Shown here in pieces: positions 1-8,045 of a DNA stretch of 37,321 bases. The translations under genes were made by a program, and so were the position numbers. Each line of letters opens with the position of its first letter. The first letter of the stretch is position 1. Location: positions 1 through 37,321 of the IMG/VR virus record IMGVR_UViG_3300020045_012307; one strand, written 5' to 3'. Source of the stretch: a virus. Taxonomy: Duplodnaviria; Caudoviricetes. The notes under the pieces were generated by a model. It saw only the letters and a list, made by a program, of their open reading frames with translations. It was not told the DNA's origin and did no database searches.

Positions 1-168
1 CACGCCTTCTACGAATCGAAAGACTGGATGGTTGGCAAGTCGAAGATGAAGAAATGGAAATCGGCGGTGACTGGTTGGAAAGAGCGTAGCGGTTCAAGCG
101 CGATTCCTGTTAACTCGGAACAGCAATTTATCGCAAAGCACGCTGACAAAACTTGGGCAGAACAATGA
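1..168 (+). CDS. C-terminal fragment of a phage replication-initiator/replisome-organiser-like protein (5' truncated by window)
   Basis: Frame 1 reads HAFYESKDWMVGKSKMKKWKSAVTGW...KTWAEQ*, resembling the 'FY.SKGW.VG..KMK.WK.A..TW' tail of phage replication proteins. TGA at 166-168 overlaps the next ATG (ATGA). Confidence 0.55.
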   Translation, partial: HAFYESKDWMVGKSKMKKWKSAVTGWKERSGSSAIPVNSEQQFIAKHADKTWAEQ

Positions 169-803
169 AGAGACCCTTCAACCATGCTGGTATTCGTTAC
201 GGCAAGCTCGTTGCCTTGAGATTGTCGGACGTTCAATCATCCACTCATTCTTCCGCAATATGGGAATGCCAGTGCGATTGCGGGAAAGTGAAGTCCGTTC
301 GCGCATGGTGTTTGGTTAGCGGCAAGACGCGCTCCTGCGGATGCCTTCTAAAAACCAAAGACCTGCCTCCCCATAAAAGCGCGCCATTTAGACCAAGCCT
401 CTCCCGAAGTCCTGAGTATGGAATTTGGTCCGGAATGCTTAGACGTTGCAGAAACCCCAAGGACTCCAAATACAAATATTACGGAGGCGCTGGCGTGACT
501 GTTTGTGAAAAATGGAGTAACGACTTCTTCGCATTTTTGTCAGATATGGGGCTCAGGCCGTCCGGCATGAGTATTGGCAGAATTCGGAATGCCGAGGGAT
601 ATTCTCCGGGAAATTGCCGGTGGGAAAGCTCTATTCAACAAGCATCCAATCGCAGGAATACCCGTTACATCGCCTTCGATGGGCAGACCAAGTGTCTTGC
701 TGAATGGGCTCGTATTACAGGAATCCACCAGAGCACTCTGTGGGGGAGACTGCAACGAGGGCTGACAGTGGGTCAAGCCCTGAATAAACACAAAGAGGAT
801 TGA
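165..803 (+). CDS. Phage HNH-like endonuclease-family protein
   Basis: Motifs WECQCDCG, SGKTRSCGC, WSGMLRRC.NP...Y.YYGG.G..VC..W and GYSPGNCRW...Q..NRR. ATG 165 is coupled to the upstream stop. Confidence 0.75.
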   Translation: MKRPFNHAGIRYGKLVALRLSDVQSSTHSSAIWECQCDCGKVKSVRAWCLVSGKTRSCGCLLKTKDLPPHKSAPFRPSLSRSPEYGIWSGMLRRCRNPKDSKYKYYGGAGVTVCEKWSNDFFAFLSDMGLRPSGMSIGRIRNAEGYSPGNCRWESSIQQASNRRNTRYIAFDGQTKCLAEWARITGIHQSTLWGRLQRGLTVGQALNKHKED

Positions 804-1555
804 GAGTGAGCGAGAAATTCAATGTGGTTAGTTTTTCGGGGGGCAGATCGTCCGCCTATCTCGTGTATTTAACACAGGCCCTAGGGATGAATTGCTCCTA
901 TATTTTCATGGATACGGGGGCTGAGCATCCGGCCACCTACAAGTTTATCCGGGACCTCGTGCAGCATTGGGGCATCAATCTCATCTGCCTGCGGGTTAAG
1001 TACAACCCAGAACTTGGCGTCGGAAACTCTTACAGCATCGTGCCTGTAGCCGATATTGGTCCGGACTATGAGCCGTGGCGCGGAATGCTTACTAAGTACG
1101 GAGCGCCTTCGGTGCAATCACCATATTGCACGAGCCGCATGAAAACAGAGCCGCACGATAAATACTGCAATGATGTTTTTGGCGCGGGAAATTATATCAC
1201 ATGGCTTGGTATTCGTGCCGATGAACCACAACGCGAAGGTTATTTATCCAGCAAGCCGACTATAAAAACTTGTTTTCCATTTAAAGAAGATGGTTTAGTT
1301 AGGGATGACATTATTAATATTCTCAATGAATCTGGATTAGGATTACCAAAATACTATGAATGGCGTAGCCGTTCAGGTTGTTATTTTTGTTTTTATCAGA
1401 AAAAAATTGAATGGATAGGTTTACAAGAAAACCATCCAGAATTATTTGAAGCCGCAAAATCCTATGAAAAAACCGATGAGAAAACGGGCAAACGCTATAC
1501 ATGGACAAACGGCGGATTGTTGTTGGTGGTGTTCTTGTTCCCATGCGGATGCTAG
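800..1555 (+). CDS. PAPS-reductase-family (PP-loop) protein; apparently chimeric and C-terminally truncated
   Basis: SFSGGRSS PP-loop, FMDTGAEH, GIRADE and RSGCYFCF. Base composition becomes clearly AT-richer after ~1210. The last ~16 codons are the antisense strand of the phage repressor gene. Confidence 0.7.
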   Translation: MRVSEKFNVVSFSGGRSSAYLVYLTQALGMNCSYIFMDTGAEHPATYKFIRDLVQHWGINLICLRVKYNPELGVGNSYSIVPVADIGPDYEPWRGMLTKYGAPSVQSPYCTSRMKTEPHDKYCNDVFGAGNYITWLGIRADEPQREGYLSSKPTIKTCFPFKEDGLVRDDIINILNESGLGLPKYYEWRSRSGCYFCFYQKKIEWIGLQENHPELFEAAKSYEKTDEKTGKRYTWTNGGLLLVVFLFPCGC

Positions 1556-1966
1556 GCGGTCTAGTGTGCGTTGCATCTCGTTTAGGCGTTTCTTTTCTTC
1601 GATAGTGGCAAGAATCTCTTGTTGTTGCTGTGGTGATAGCTCATTGAGCAGTGTTACTGCCTTTTCTACCCGTCTTTCTGTTTTCCCTGCCCTATCGTCA
1701 ATGTCGTCCGCTCTTCTGTCATAGACAGTAACAGGCGGCTTGCTTTTCAGCATTTCCCCTTCACCTGTTAGTAGCCAGTTAAAATCCAGTTTTTCCGTAT
1801 TAGCTAATTCAATAAACTCATCATACGGCAATGACTGCGCCTTTTTACGACTATTAAACGTAGTTGGCTTCATATTTATTTTTTCAGCAAGCTCTATATC
1901 AGTCTTGATTTTTAAGGCTTTTTTTAATCTTCCAACTACTTCATCAAAATAAAATTCATTTATCAT
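1442..1966 (-). CDS. Phage repressor (CI-type HTH, no S24 peptidase domain); native 3' end probably lost at the ~1508 junction
   Basis: RLKKAL...D.ELAE.I...TT...RKK..SLPY...DFNWLLTGEGEM. AGGAGG RBS upstream; divergent from the ner-like gene. About the last 21 aa run into PAPS-reductase DNA. Confidence 0.85.
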   Translation of the reverse strand: MINEFYFDEVVGRLKKALKIKTDIELAEKINMKPTTFNSRKKAQSLPYDEFIELANTEKLDFNWLLTGEGEMLKSKPPVTVYDRRADDIDDRAGKTERRVEKAVTLLNELSPQQQQEILATIEEKKRLNEMQRTLDRLASAWEQEHHQQQSAVCPCIAFARFLIGFFIGFCGFK

Positions 1967-1978
1967 GGATTCCTCCTG

Positions 1979-2007
1979 TTGATTATCCGACTTTTTCGGA
2001 TTACCAT
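1979..2007 (+). promoter_or_regulatory. Putative early promoter with palindromic operator in the spacer
   Basis: TTGATT (1979-1984), 17-bp spacer, TACCAT (2002-2007). The spacer is ATCCGA-CTTTT-TCGGAT, an inverted repeat. Confidence 0.6.
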
Positions 2008-2041
2008 TTATCTCACCTTATAACCACTGAGAGCATATCAA

Positions 2042-2317
2042 ATGGCAACGCCAACACGGTATCAAATTGACCAAATGCTAGTAAAGCATGAAACGAATTT
2101 ATGTGCATGGGCTAAGGCGCATGACTACATATACATGACTGTTTTTAATACGGTCAACCGTTGGGCTGGTCGTGATGACCGCACGCCTCATGGTGGCTTA
2201 GCAAGACTGATTATGCGTGATTTAGCGGCAGATGTAGAAGCCGCTGAGGTTTACAACTTAGAGGAGCAAGTTGTAAACCAAAGTTGTAAACCAGACGATG
2301 CGGTTTACAACTCATAA
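2042..2317 (+). CDS. Ner-like DNA-binding protein
   Basis: Small HTH-like ORF (NLCAWAKAHDY.YMTVFNTVNRWAG) divergent from the repressor and upstream of the transposase, as in Mu. Confidence 0.7.
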   Translation: MATPTRYQIDQMLVKHETNLCAWAKAHDYIYMTVFNTVNRWAGRDDRTPHGGLARLIMRDLAADVEAAEVYNLEEQVVNQSCKPDDAVYNS

Positions 2318-2381
2318 CTGTCTGAAAAATAAAAGGATAGTGCTATGAGAAAATTTTTAGGTATTGAGGAGGTTGTAAACC
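2248..2381. repeat. Cluster of five 11-bp GGTTTACAAC(T/C) motifs in both orientations
   Basis: GGTTTACAACT 2248-2258 and 2302-2312; AGTTGTAAACC 2269-2279 and 2282-2292; GGTTGTAAACC 2371-2381. Confidence 0.85.
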
Positions 2382-4438
2382 TTTTGGGTATAACAAAACA
2401 GGCGGTTCATAAAAATCGTAGAGCTGGAAAATATGTTGTTCAGCAAGTTAAATCCGAGGGCGGAAAAGACGGTTTAAAGTACGAAATCGCCCTAACCAGC
2501 CTCCCAAAAGAAGCCCAAAGCCGTTACCAAAACGACAAAATCGAAGCGGTTATGCAGTCGGTTTCTGTGCCTGCTAACACCGCCAAAGAAGTTGTGATTT
2601 ACCAGCAAGTTGACCCTGCCGAATTGACTGAACGGCAACGCGATAAAGACCGCCATCGGGCGACTATTTGTCGCTTTGTTGATGACTCAGGTTTAAAGGT
2701 CAGTGAGGCAATTAGCTATCTGAATACCAGTTGGGCATTGGGTACGTTATCCAGCCCGATGCAGTATGCCTTAGACAATGCGTTTGATAAACGCAATCCG
2801 ACTAAGTTAGCCATTAGAACCTATTGGGATTGGGTTAGAAAAGGTAAGGAAACGGGTAGTTTTGCCCCTGCAAAACGGCAAGCTGATTTGCTGGTTAAGC
2901 CCTGGTATGCGATGGCGATTGCTTTGTATCGTCGTCCACAAAAACCGACCTTTCAGTATGTGGTGGAAAAGCTCGCTGAACACTTTGAGCCTACGCCCAG
3001 TTATGCGCAGGTGACACGGTTTTTTAATGAGAAATACAGCCAAAGCGAGTTATTGAAAGGACGTAATACGGGTATGAAGTTGCGGTCGTTGTCGCATTAT
3101 ACCAAACGGACAGCGGCGGGCATGATGCCTTGGGATGAGTTGCACGCCGATGGTTGGGCAACGCACTTTACCGCACCACACCCGATTACTGGGGAGTATG
3201 TGACGCTGGAAGTCTGGAGTGCGCGTGATGTGGCTACCCGTTATGTTCCACCGATGGCAGTCGGTTTGAGTGAGAGTTATGAGGTGATTGCCAAATGCCA
3301 AGAAAACGCGGTGCGCTGTGGTGGCAGGATGGCGATATGGCAAAACGACAGTACCAAAATCGTGAAGGGCAATATTAAGTTTGTTGGTGATCCGATATTG
3401 TCGATTGCTGACCGTGCAGGTATCACTATCGTGCATCCAAAGACGGTGGGGAATGCGCAAGCCAACGGCATTGCTGAGAACTTCCATGTGTATTTGGATA
3501 AGCAATCACGGGAACTTAGCACTTATCAGCATAAAAATATGGATACCTTGAGCTTTCGCAAAGGGCAGAAGTTAGTCGGTAAGTTGGTTGCGGCTAAACG
3601 GGCTAATGACCGTGAAGGCGCGGATGCGTTACGCAAGCTGATTGCTAAAAATGGCAGTGGTTTGTTGTTTGAAAGTTTTCAGGATGCGGTGGATTGGTTA
3701 GAGGTGATTCGCACGAAGTGGAATAACCATGCCCATTCTTCTTTACCTTGGACTCGCGATGCGGTGACGGGTAAGAAACGCCATCAATCACCGCAAGAAG
3801 CCTTTGATGATTTTAAAGCCAATGGTTGGGAGCCGATGGCAATGGATGAAGCGCAAATTGTCGATTTGTTCCGTCCACGGCGGTTTTGTGTGGTACGGCG
3901 TGGTGCGGTTGCCCCGTATCACAAAGATGTACGGTTTCGCCATGAGGATTTGCCGCATTGGGAGGGTAAAAAGGTCGCGGTATCTTTTGACATTATGGAC
4001 TCTTCTCAAGTGTGGGTAATGGATTTGCAGGGCAGTTTGATTGGGGTTGCTCAGTATTGTGATTTAGCCTCGTATCGGTCATTTAATGCACTGGAAGCGG
4101 CGAAAGAAACACGGGCATTGGCTCAGATTAAAGGGCATGAAAAGAAGATTGCGGCTGTTAAAGAGCGTGTGGGTTTATCGGTGATTGAGGGGATGTCTAG
4201 CCCAGTGATTGAGTTGCAACGGGTAGATTTTTCACGGGTTGAAATTGAGCCTGAATTGCAACGGGTTGAGTATGTGGTTGAAGAAGCCGTTGAACCAAAA
4301 TTACAGACGTTGGCTGATTTTTTGGCTGAGGAAAGTAAGGAAGAAGATCCTATGAGCCGTGAAGAGACTGTGGCGGCTTTGTGGGGCGAGATGATTGATG
4401 AAGATGATGATTTTAATTCTGTTGAGGAGGCTTTATGA
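2345..4438 (+). CDS. MuA-like DDE transposase
   Basis: N-terminal Mu-type HTH (GGKDGLKYEIALTSLPKEAQ), candidate catalytic residues in LHADGW / WQNDST / NGIAENF, WNNHAHSSL, and a Mu-transposase C-terminal-like region (V.VSFDIMDSSQVWV.D..G..IG.A). Confidence 0.92.
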   Translation: MRKFLGIEEVVNLLGITKQAVHKNRRAGKYVVQQVKSEGGKDGLKYEIALTSLPKEAQSRYQNDKIEAVMQSVSVPANTAKEVVIYQQVDPAELTERQRDKDRHRATICRFVDDSGLKVSEAISYLNTSWALGTLSSPMQYALDNAFDKRNPTKLAIRTYWDWVRKGKETGSFAPAKRQADLLVKPWYAMAIALYRRPQKPTFQYVVEKLAEHFEPTPSYAQVTRFFNEKYSQSELLKGRNTGMKLRSLSHYTKRTAAGMMPWDELHADGWATHFTAPHPITGEYVTLEVWSARDVATRYVPPMAVGLSESYEVIAKCQENAVRCGGRMAIWQNDSTKIVKGNIKFVGDPILSIADRAGITIVHPKTVGNAQANGIAENFHVYLDKQSRELSTYQHKNMDTLSFRKGQKLVGKLVAAKRANDREGADALRKLIAKNGSGLLFESFQDAVDWLEVIRTKWNNHAHSSLPWTRDAVTGKKRHQSPQEAFDDFKANGWEPMAMDEAQIVDLFRPRRFCVVRRGAVAPYHKDVRFRHEDLPHWEGKKVAVSFDIMDSSQVWVMDLQGSLIGVAQYCDLASYRSFNALEAAKETRALAQIKGHEKKIAAVKERVGLSVIEGMSSPVIELQRVDFSRVEIEPELQRVEYVVEEAVEPKLQTLADFLAEESKEEDPMSREETVAALWGEMIDEDDDFNSVEEAL

Positions 4439-4776
4439 GTAAGCGGAAAGTAGGAAGAAGTCGGGCTGCTAGTCGGTTAATACGCGTTAAAAAACCGTAT
4501 CGTTCAGCGGCTTTTCTTGAAGCGGCAAAGGAAAAACGCGCACAAGCGGCTATCGAAAGAAAAGCACGCGCGCTTAGTTCGCTGGCAGATTACTTTATTT
4601 GGAAGACTAAAGAAATCCAATCAAGACGAGAAATCGCACGGCTGAAAATGCCTATGCCAATAACTGCACTGGGTAATTTATTGGTTTGTTTTAGTGATGA
4701 GTTTATCGGCAGTTATGCCAAGCAAGAAGGCGAGTATTTGATTGTTTATGTCGATGTAGAAGATGCGGGTTTATGA
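4435..4776 (+). CDS. Hypothetical basic protein
   Basis: ATGA overlap with the transposase stop; GAGGAGG upstream. Confidence 0.6.
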   Translation: MSKRKVGRSRAASRLIRVKKPYRSAAFLEAAKEKRAQAAIERKARALSSLADYFIWKTKEIQSRREIARLKMPMPITALGNLLVCFSDEFIGSYAKQEGEYLIVYVDVEDAGL

Positions 4777-5045
4777 GCAAGAAGAACTGTATGTTTCTGG
4801 ATAAGAATATCGAGAAGTTTTCGGTAGCGAAGCAAAAGATAGATGTGTTGTTGGAAGGGGATAGAACCCCAGAAGAACAGCTTCATTTGATTACTAATTG
4901 CGCGATTATTTTGATTGCGTTGATTAGATCAAGAAAGGGCGATGGCTTTGCGGCTTGCTTTTTGAAAGTGGGTATGCAGGTTATCAAGGGTGGAGAGCCG
5001 CTGTTGGTTAAGCGGAATTATATGACTAAAGAGGATGTTTTATGA
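4773..5045 (+). CDS. Hypothetical protein
   Basis: ATGA-coupled in the early operon. Confidence 0.6.
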   Translation: MSKKNCMFLDKNIEKFSVAKQKIDVLLEGDRTPEEQLHLITNCAIILIALIRSRKGDGFAACFLKVGMQVIKGGEPLLVKRNYMTKEDVL

Positions 5046-5470
5046 GTGCAGATCAAAACAAATCGCGGCTAGAACAAGCGCGTGAAAGTCGGGAGCAAAC
5101 GGTGACGATTACCCATAGCTGTGGGCATGTGGTGAAGCACCCAGTGATCGGTCGGTTTGGGGTGAAGATTTTTGTGGCCCGCGAAGAGAATCGCATTTGT
5201 ATGGATTGCGTGGAGCTGGATAAAAAGGCGGCTAATTGGGCAAAAGTGGAAGCGCGAAAGGCTATTTATCGGGGGGTGATAGAAGAAGCGGTACTTAATT
5301 TAGCCGCCTTGGAAATCGTACAAGCGACTAATCAGGCATTGACGGGGTTAGAAGTGGTGATGTTGATGATTAAGCACTTTGAAAATTACAACACCAACGC
5401 ATGGGATTTGTGCAAGCAAGTGGGCTTTGCGCCTGACGAGATTATTACTTTAGAAAGGTTGATGTCATGA
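5042..5470 (+). CDS. Hypothetical protein with HSCGH...CxxC putative Zn site
   Basis: ATGA-coupled; GAGGA RBS; ITHSCGH and CMDC. Confidence 0.6.
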   Translation: MSADQNKSRLEQARESREQTVTITHSCGHVVKHPVIGRFGVKIFVAREENRICMDCVELDKKAANWAKVEARKAIYRGVIEEAVLNLAALEIVQATNQALTGLEVVMLMIKHFENYNTNAWDLCKQVGFAPDEIITLERLMS

Positions 5471-5688
5471 AGTGTGGTTATAAGTTTACGCAAGGCGGGG
5501 CATTGGTCCAGATTGTCTGTAATGACAATAAGAGCTGGTATCGGCGGGAATCATTGGGTGGTGGTTTTGGTGGGTGGAAGGCGATTTTAGCCCCCAGTAT
5601 TAGCTGTGGGGTGTTGCATCAAACAGGGGTGGCTTCGATTGCGTTGTCACCGTTGAGTCAAGAACCTGCCAATGTGCCACAACGATGA
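5467..5688 (+). CDS. Hypothetical protein
   Basis: ATGA-coupled 73-aa ORF. Confidence 0.5.
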   Translation: MKCGYKFTQGGALVQIVCNDNKSWYRRESLGGGFGGWKAILAPSISCGVLHQTGVASIALSPLSQEPANVPQR

Positions 5689-5695
5689 GAAAGCT

Positions 5696-5741
5696 GGAGT
5701 TCAAACTTTGGTTTGATAGGTCAAACCAAGGTTTGGACTCC
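5696..5741. repeat. REP-like palindrome, GGAG...CTCC family (copy 1)
   Basis: GGAGTTCAAACTTTGGTTTGA-TAGG-TCAAACCAAGGTTTGGACTCC; related copy at 23366-23412. Confidence 0.75.
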
Positions 5742-5805
5742 GAACTAAACGCCTGTGTTGACGCACAGGCAATTCAAATAAAACAACTAAAAACGAGTAT
5801 AGATT

Positions 5806-6534
5806 ATGAAATTCAAATTTGTCAAAACTTCCAATTATCTTAAGTTCCAATCAGCAATGAAAGCAGTGGAGTCAGGCGCGGCTAAAGAGGCGCGGATTCT
5901 GTTGTTGGCGGGTGATCCGGGTACCGGTAAAAGTCGCTGTGTTGATCATTATGGCTCGGCAGTGCGTGCGGTACATATTGAGGGTATCCCCTCTATGACA
6001 GTTTCCTACATTCGTGACTTGTTGGCGTATGAGTTAGGCGTGCAAGGTGGGACTAAGTTCGCCCAACAACAAGCGATTCAAAAAGCCTTTAATCAGCAAC
6101 AACGCCCGATTATTTTGGATGAAGCGCAACATGGCTTAGATAAAAAAGCCGATGTGATTGAGTATTTACGCCGTATTGCTGAGCAAGCGGGGTCGGTGAT
6201 GGTGTTGGTGTGCCATACCTCAGAACGGCATCGGTTTGGTGAACATCGGTTGGCGCATATTGCGACGCGGATTAGTGAGCTGGTTACTTTTAATATGGCA
6301 ACGATGGAGGATTGCGCCTTGTATCTGACTGAGTTGTGTGAAATCGAGTTGGATGCTGGGATTGTCGCCCAGGTTCATGCTCAGTCTGGCGGTCGGTATC
6401 GCATGATGGCTTCGGCGTGTGCCACGTTAGAAAGGATTGCGAAAAAGAAAGGGCTGGAGGATTTACGCATTACCGATGTCAAAGACTTTTTGCTCTGTGA
6501 AGATGCCATGAAATCATTGAAAAAAGGCGTTTGA
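5806..6534 (+). CDS. MuB-like AAA+ ATPase (transposition target-capture protein)
   Basis: Walker A GDPGTGKS, Walker B IILDEAQ, FVKTSNY N-terminus; downstream of the transposase. Confidence 0.88.
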   Translation: MKFKFVKTSNYLKFQSAMKAVESGAAKEARILLLAGDPGTGKSRCVDHYGSAVRAVHIEGIPSMTVSYIRDLLAYELGVQGGTKFAQQQAIQKAFNQQQRPIILDEAQHGLDKKADVIEYLRRIAEQAGSVMVLVCHTSERHRFGEHRLAHIATRISELVTFNMATMEDCALYLTELCEIELDAGIVAQVHAQSGGRYRMMASACATLERIAKKKGLEDLRITDVKDFLLCEDAMKSLKKGV

Positions 6535-6536
6535 TT

Positions 6537-6917
6537 ATGGCGGGCAAAAGAGGCGCGAAACGCACAACGTCATACGGTTTACGCGCCCGTGCATGGTGGA
6601 TTATCCGCAAGAATAAAACGACGACCCTTAGCGATTTATTGATGAGTTTGAACGATGGCTCACATAAGCACGCTGATAGAAACCTTGGTCAGTATTTGAC
6701 GAACTTAACTAAGGTGGGTGTGCTGGAACGTGAACGCGTCAGTGATGGCAAACTCACTAGCAACGGGGTGTATTTGTATCGACTAAAGACTGATTTAGGG
6801 CATAAGAATCCGATTATTCGTAAGAACGGGGTTTATGATCCAAACAGTGGGCAGTTATTAACTGTAGAGACGCGATTAATCGCGTCTGTACAAGGAGACA
6901 ATCATGAGTTTGCTTGA
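6537..6917 (+). CDS. Winged-helix-like protein of Mu-like phages
   Basis: R.RAWWIIR...YL..L.K.G.L...YRL..DLG...P...VYDPN pattern. The C-terminus contains a palindrome-encoded VETRLIASVQ. Confidence 0.65.
   Translation: MAGKRGAKRTTSYGLRARAWWIIRKNKTTTLSDLLMSLNDGSHKHADRNLGQYLTNLTKVGVLERERVSDGKLTSNGVYLYRLKTDLGHKNPIIRKNGVYDPNSGQLLTVETRLIASVQGDNHEFA
6863..6892. repeat. GTAG-type REP-like palindrome inside CDS
   Basis: TGTAGAGACGCGATTAATCGCGTCTGTACA, a 30-bp palindrome with one mismatched pair. Confidence 0.8.
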
Positions 6918-7218
6918 TTTGTTAGCGTTATTAAAAGAGAAACGCCTAGAGATAGGTACGGCTAAGCTGGCTGAGTCCTTAGGTGTGTCTGATGTGACTA
7001 TTCGTAGTATTTGTTCGGGCAATTATCGCGGTAAGCCTGACACGGTGTTGGCATTGTTTGCCGCTAAGTATGTGGATGTGGTGGTGTGTACGCATACCGA
7101 AGAACTGTTAAACCGTGGCGATTGCCGCTTACGTTATAACGCGCCTGAACCGTCTGGCGGTGCGTCATTATTGGCTTGGTGGCAATGTTGCCAGACTTGC
7201 CCACATAAAGGGGGATGA
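6904..7218 (+). CDS. HTH protein with Cys-rich C-terminus
   Basis: AKLAESLGVSDVTIRSICSGNY.G HTH; CTH...C...CQTCPH; AGGAG RBS. Confidence 0.7.
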   Translation: MSLLDLLALLKEKRLEIGTAKLAESLGVSDVTIRSICSGNYRGKPDTVLALFAAKYVDVVVCTHTEELLNRGDCRLRYNAPEPSGGASLLAWWQCCQTCPHKGG

Positions 7219-7219
7219 G

Positions 7220-7711
7220 ATGGCTGATTTAAAAAAACATCCAAGTAAGGCGCAGTTTGACGCGCTAGAAGCTGATTTATGGCGTGTTTATGCGTCGCAA
7301 TACTTTCGTATTGATGGCTATCTTGTCTCGGCGTGTACTGGGCAGGTAGGTATGAAGGTTGAGATAGTCGTTTATGTCAATGGCTATTGTAGAGGGCGTG
7401 ATTTATGGCGTGGAAATGAAGCTGAGTTAGACCAAATTCCCGACATAGCGCGAAAGTTTCAGCGTTTATGTTCCAAGCGTATTAATTCAGCAGCGCGCAT
7501 TAAGTTGTTGGAAAAATATTACGGCAAACGTAATGCAGAAAAAGAAGGCGTTTATGCTAAGCATTACTATACATGGCATTCTTTTTCCACTGCTAGGACG
7601 TTCATTGCGCATATCAAAAAACACAATGACTCGATTGAGATACTGAGTTATGAGGATTATTCCGAAGCAATCGCTTTGCTTCCATCGACAGAGGGTAATG
7701 GTGATGAGTAA
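7220..7711 (+). CDS. Hypothetical phage protein
   Basis: ATG 7220 after GGGGGA, directly behind the previous stop. Confidence 0.65.
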   Translation: MADLKKHPSKAQFDALEADLWRVYASQYFRIDGYLVSACTGQVGMKVEIVVYVNGYCRGRDLWRGNEAELDQIPDIARKFQRLCSKRINSAARIKLLEKYYGKRNAEKEGVYAKHYYTWHSFSTARTFIAHIKKHNDSIEILSYEDYSEAIALLPSTEGNGDE

Positions 7712-8045
7712 GCCCATCGCGCGTAGAAATGGCTTAGTTTTCCTGTCTAGCTCCAAAGTTCAGCCAGTGAACGAGTTGAGTTTATTTGATTTTCCGCCGT
7801 TGCTAAGGCTGTGTGTTGACAGATTAAAGCAGTATCACATTGGTTGTTGTAAGCCTGAAAAGCTGCTTGTTGTTGGTAGGAAAGTTCAGGTTCATATTAA
7901 ATATTTTCCTGCCTTGGATGCGATTGGTGCTGAGCAGTATGAACGCGGGGTTGATTTAAGCCTTGGCTCTTATCTGCGTTATCGCTTACCGATTTGTGAT
8001 GATTGTGAAGTGGTTTGGGTCAAGTCTGGGAGGCTGTCATGTTAA
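7704..8045 (+). CDS. Hypothetical protein
   Basis: Overlapping start after GAGGG; same operon. Confidence 0.55.
   Translation: MSKPIARRNGLVFLSSSKVQPVNELSLFDFPPLLRLCVDRLKQYHIGCCKPEKLLVVGRKVQVHIKYFPALDAIGAEQYERGVDLSLGSYLRYRLPICDDCEVVWVKSGRLSC

Noticed and set aside
1518-1540. TGTTGTTGG as the prophage left terminus
   Set aside because: It lies within repressor coding sequence (QQQ codons on the minus strand), lacks the end repeats and has no target duplication.
4211-4270. ELQRV repeat in the transposase C-terminus
   Set aside because: Short degenerate duplication in a low-complexity acidic tail; no evidence of function.
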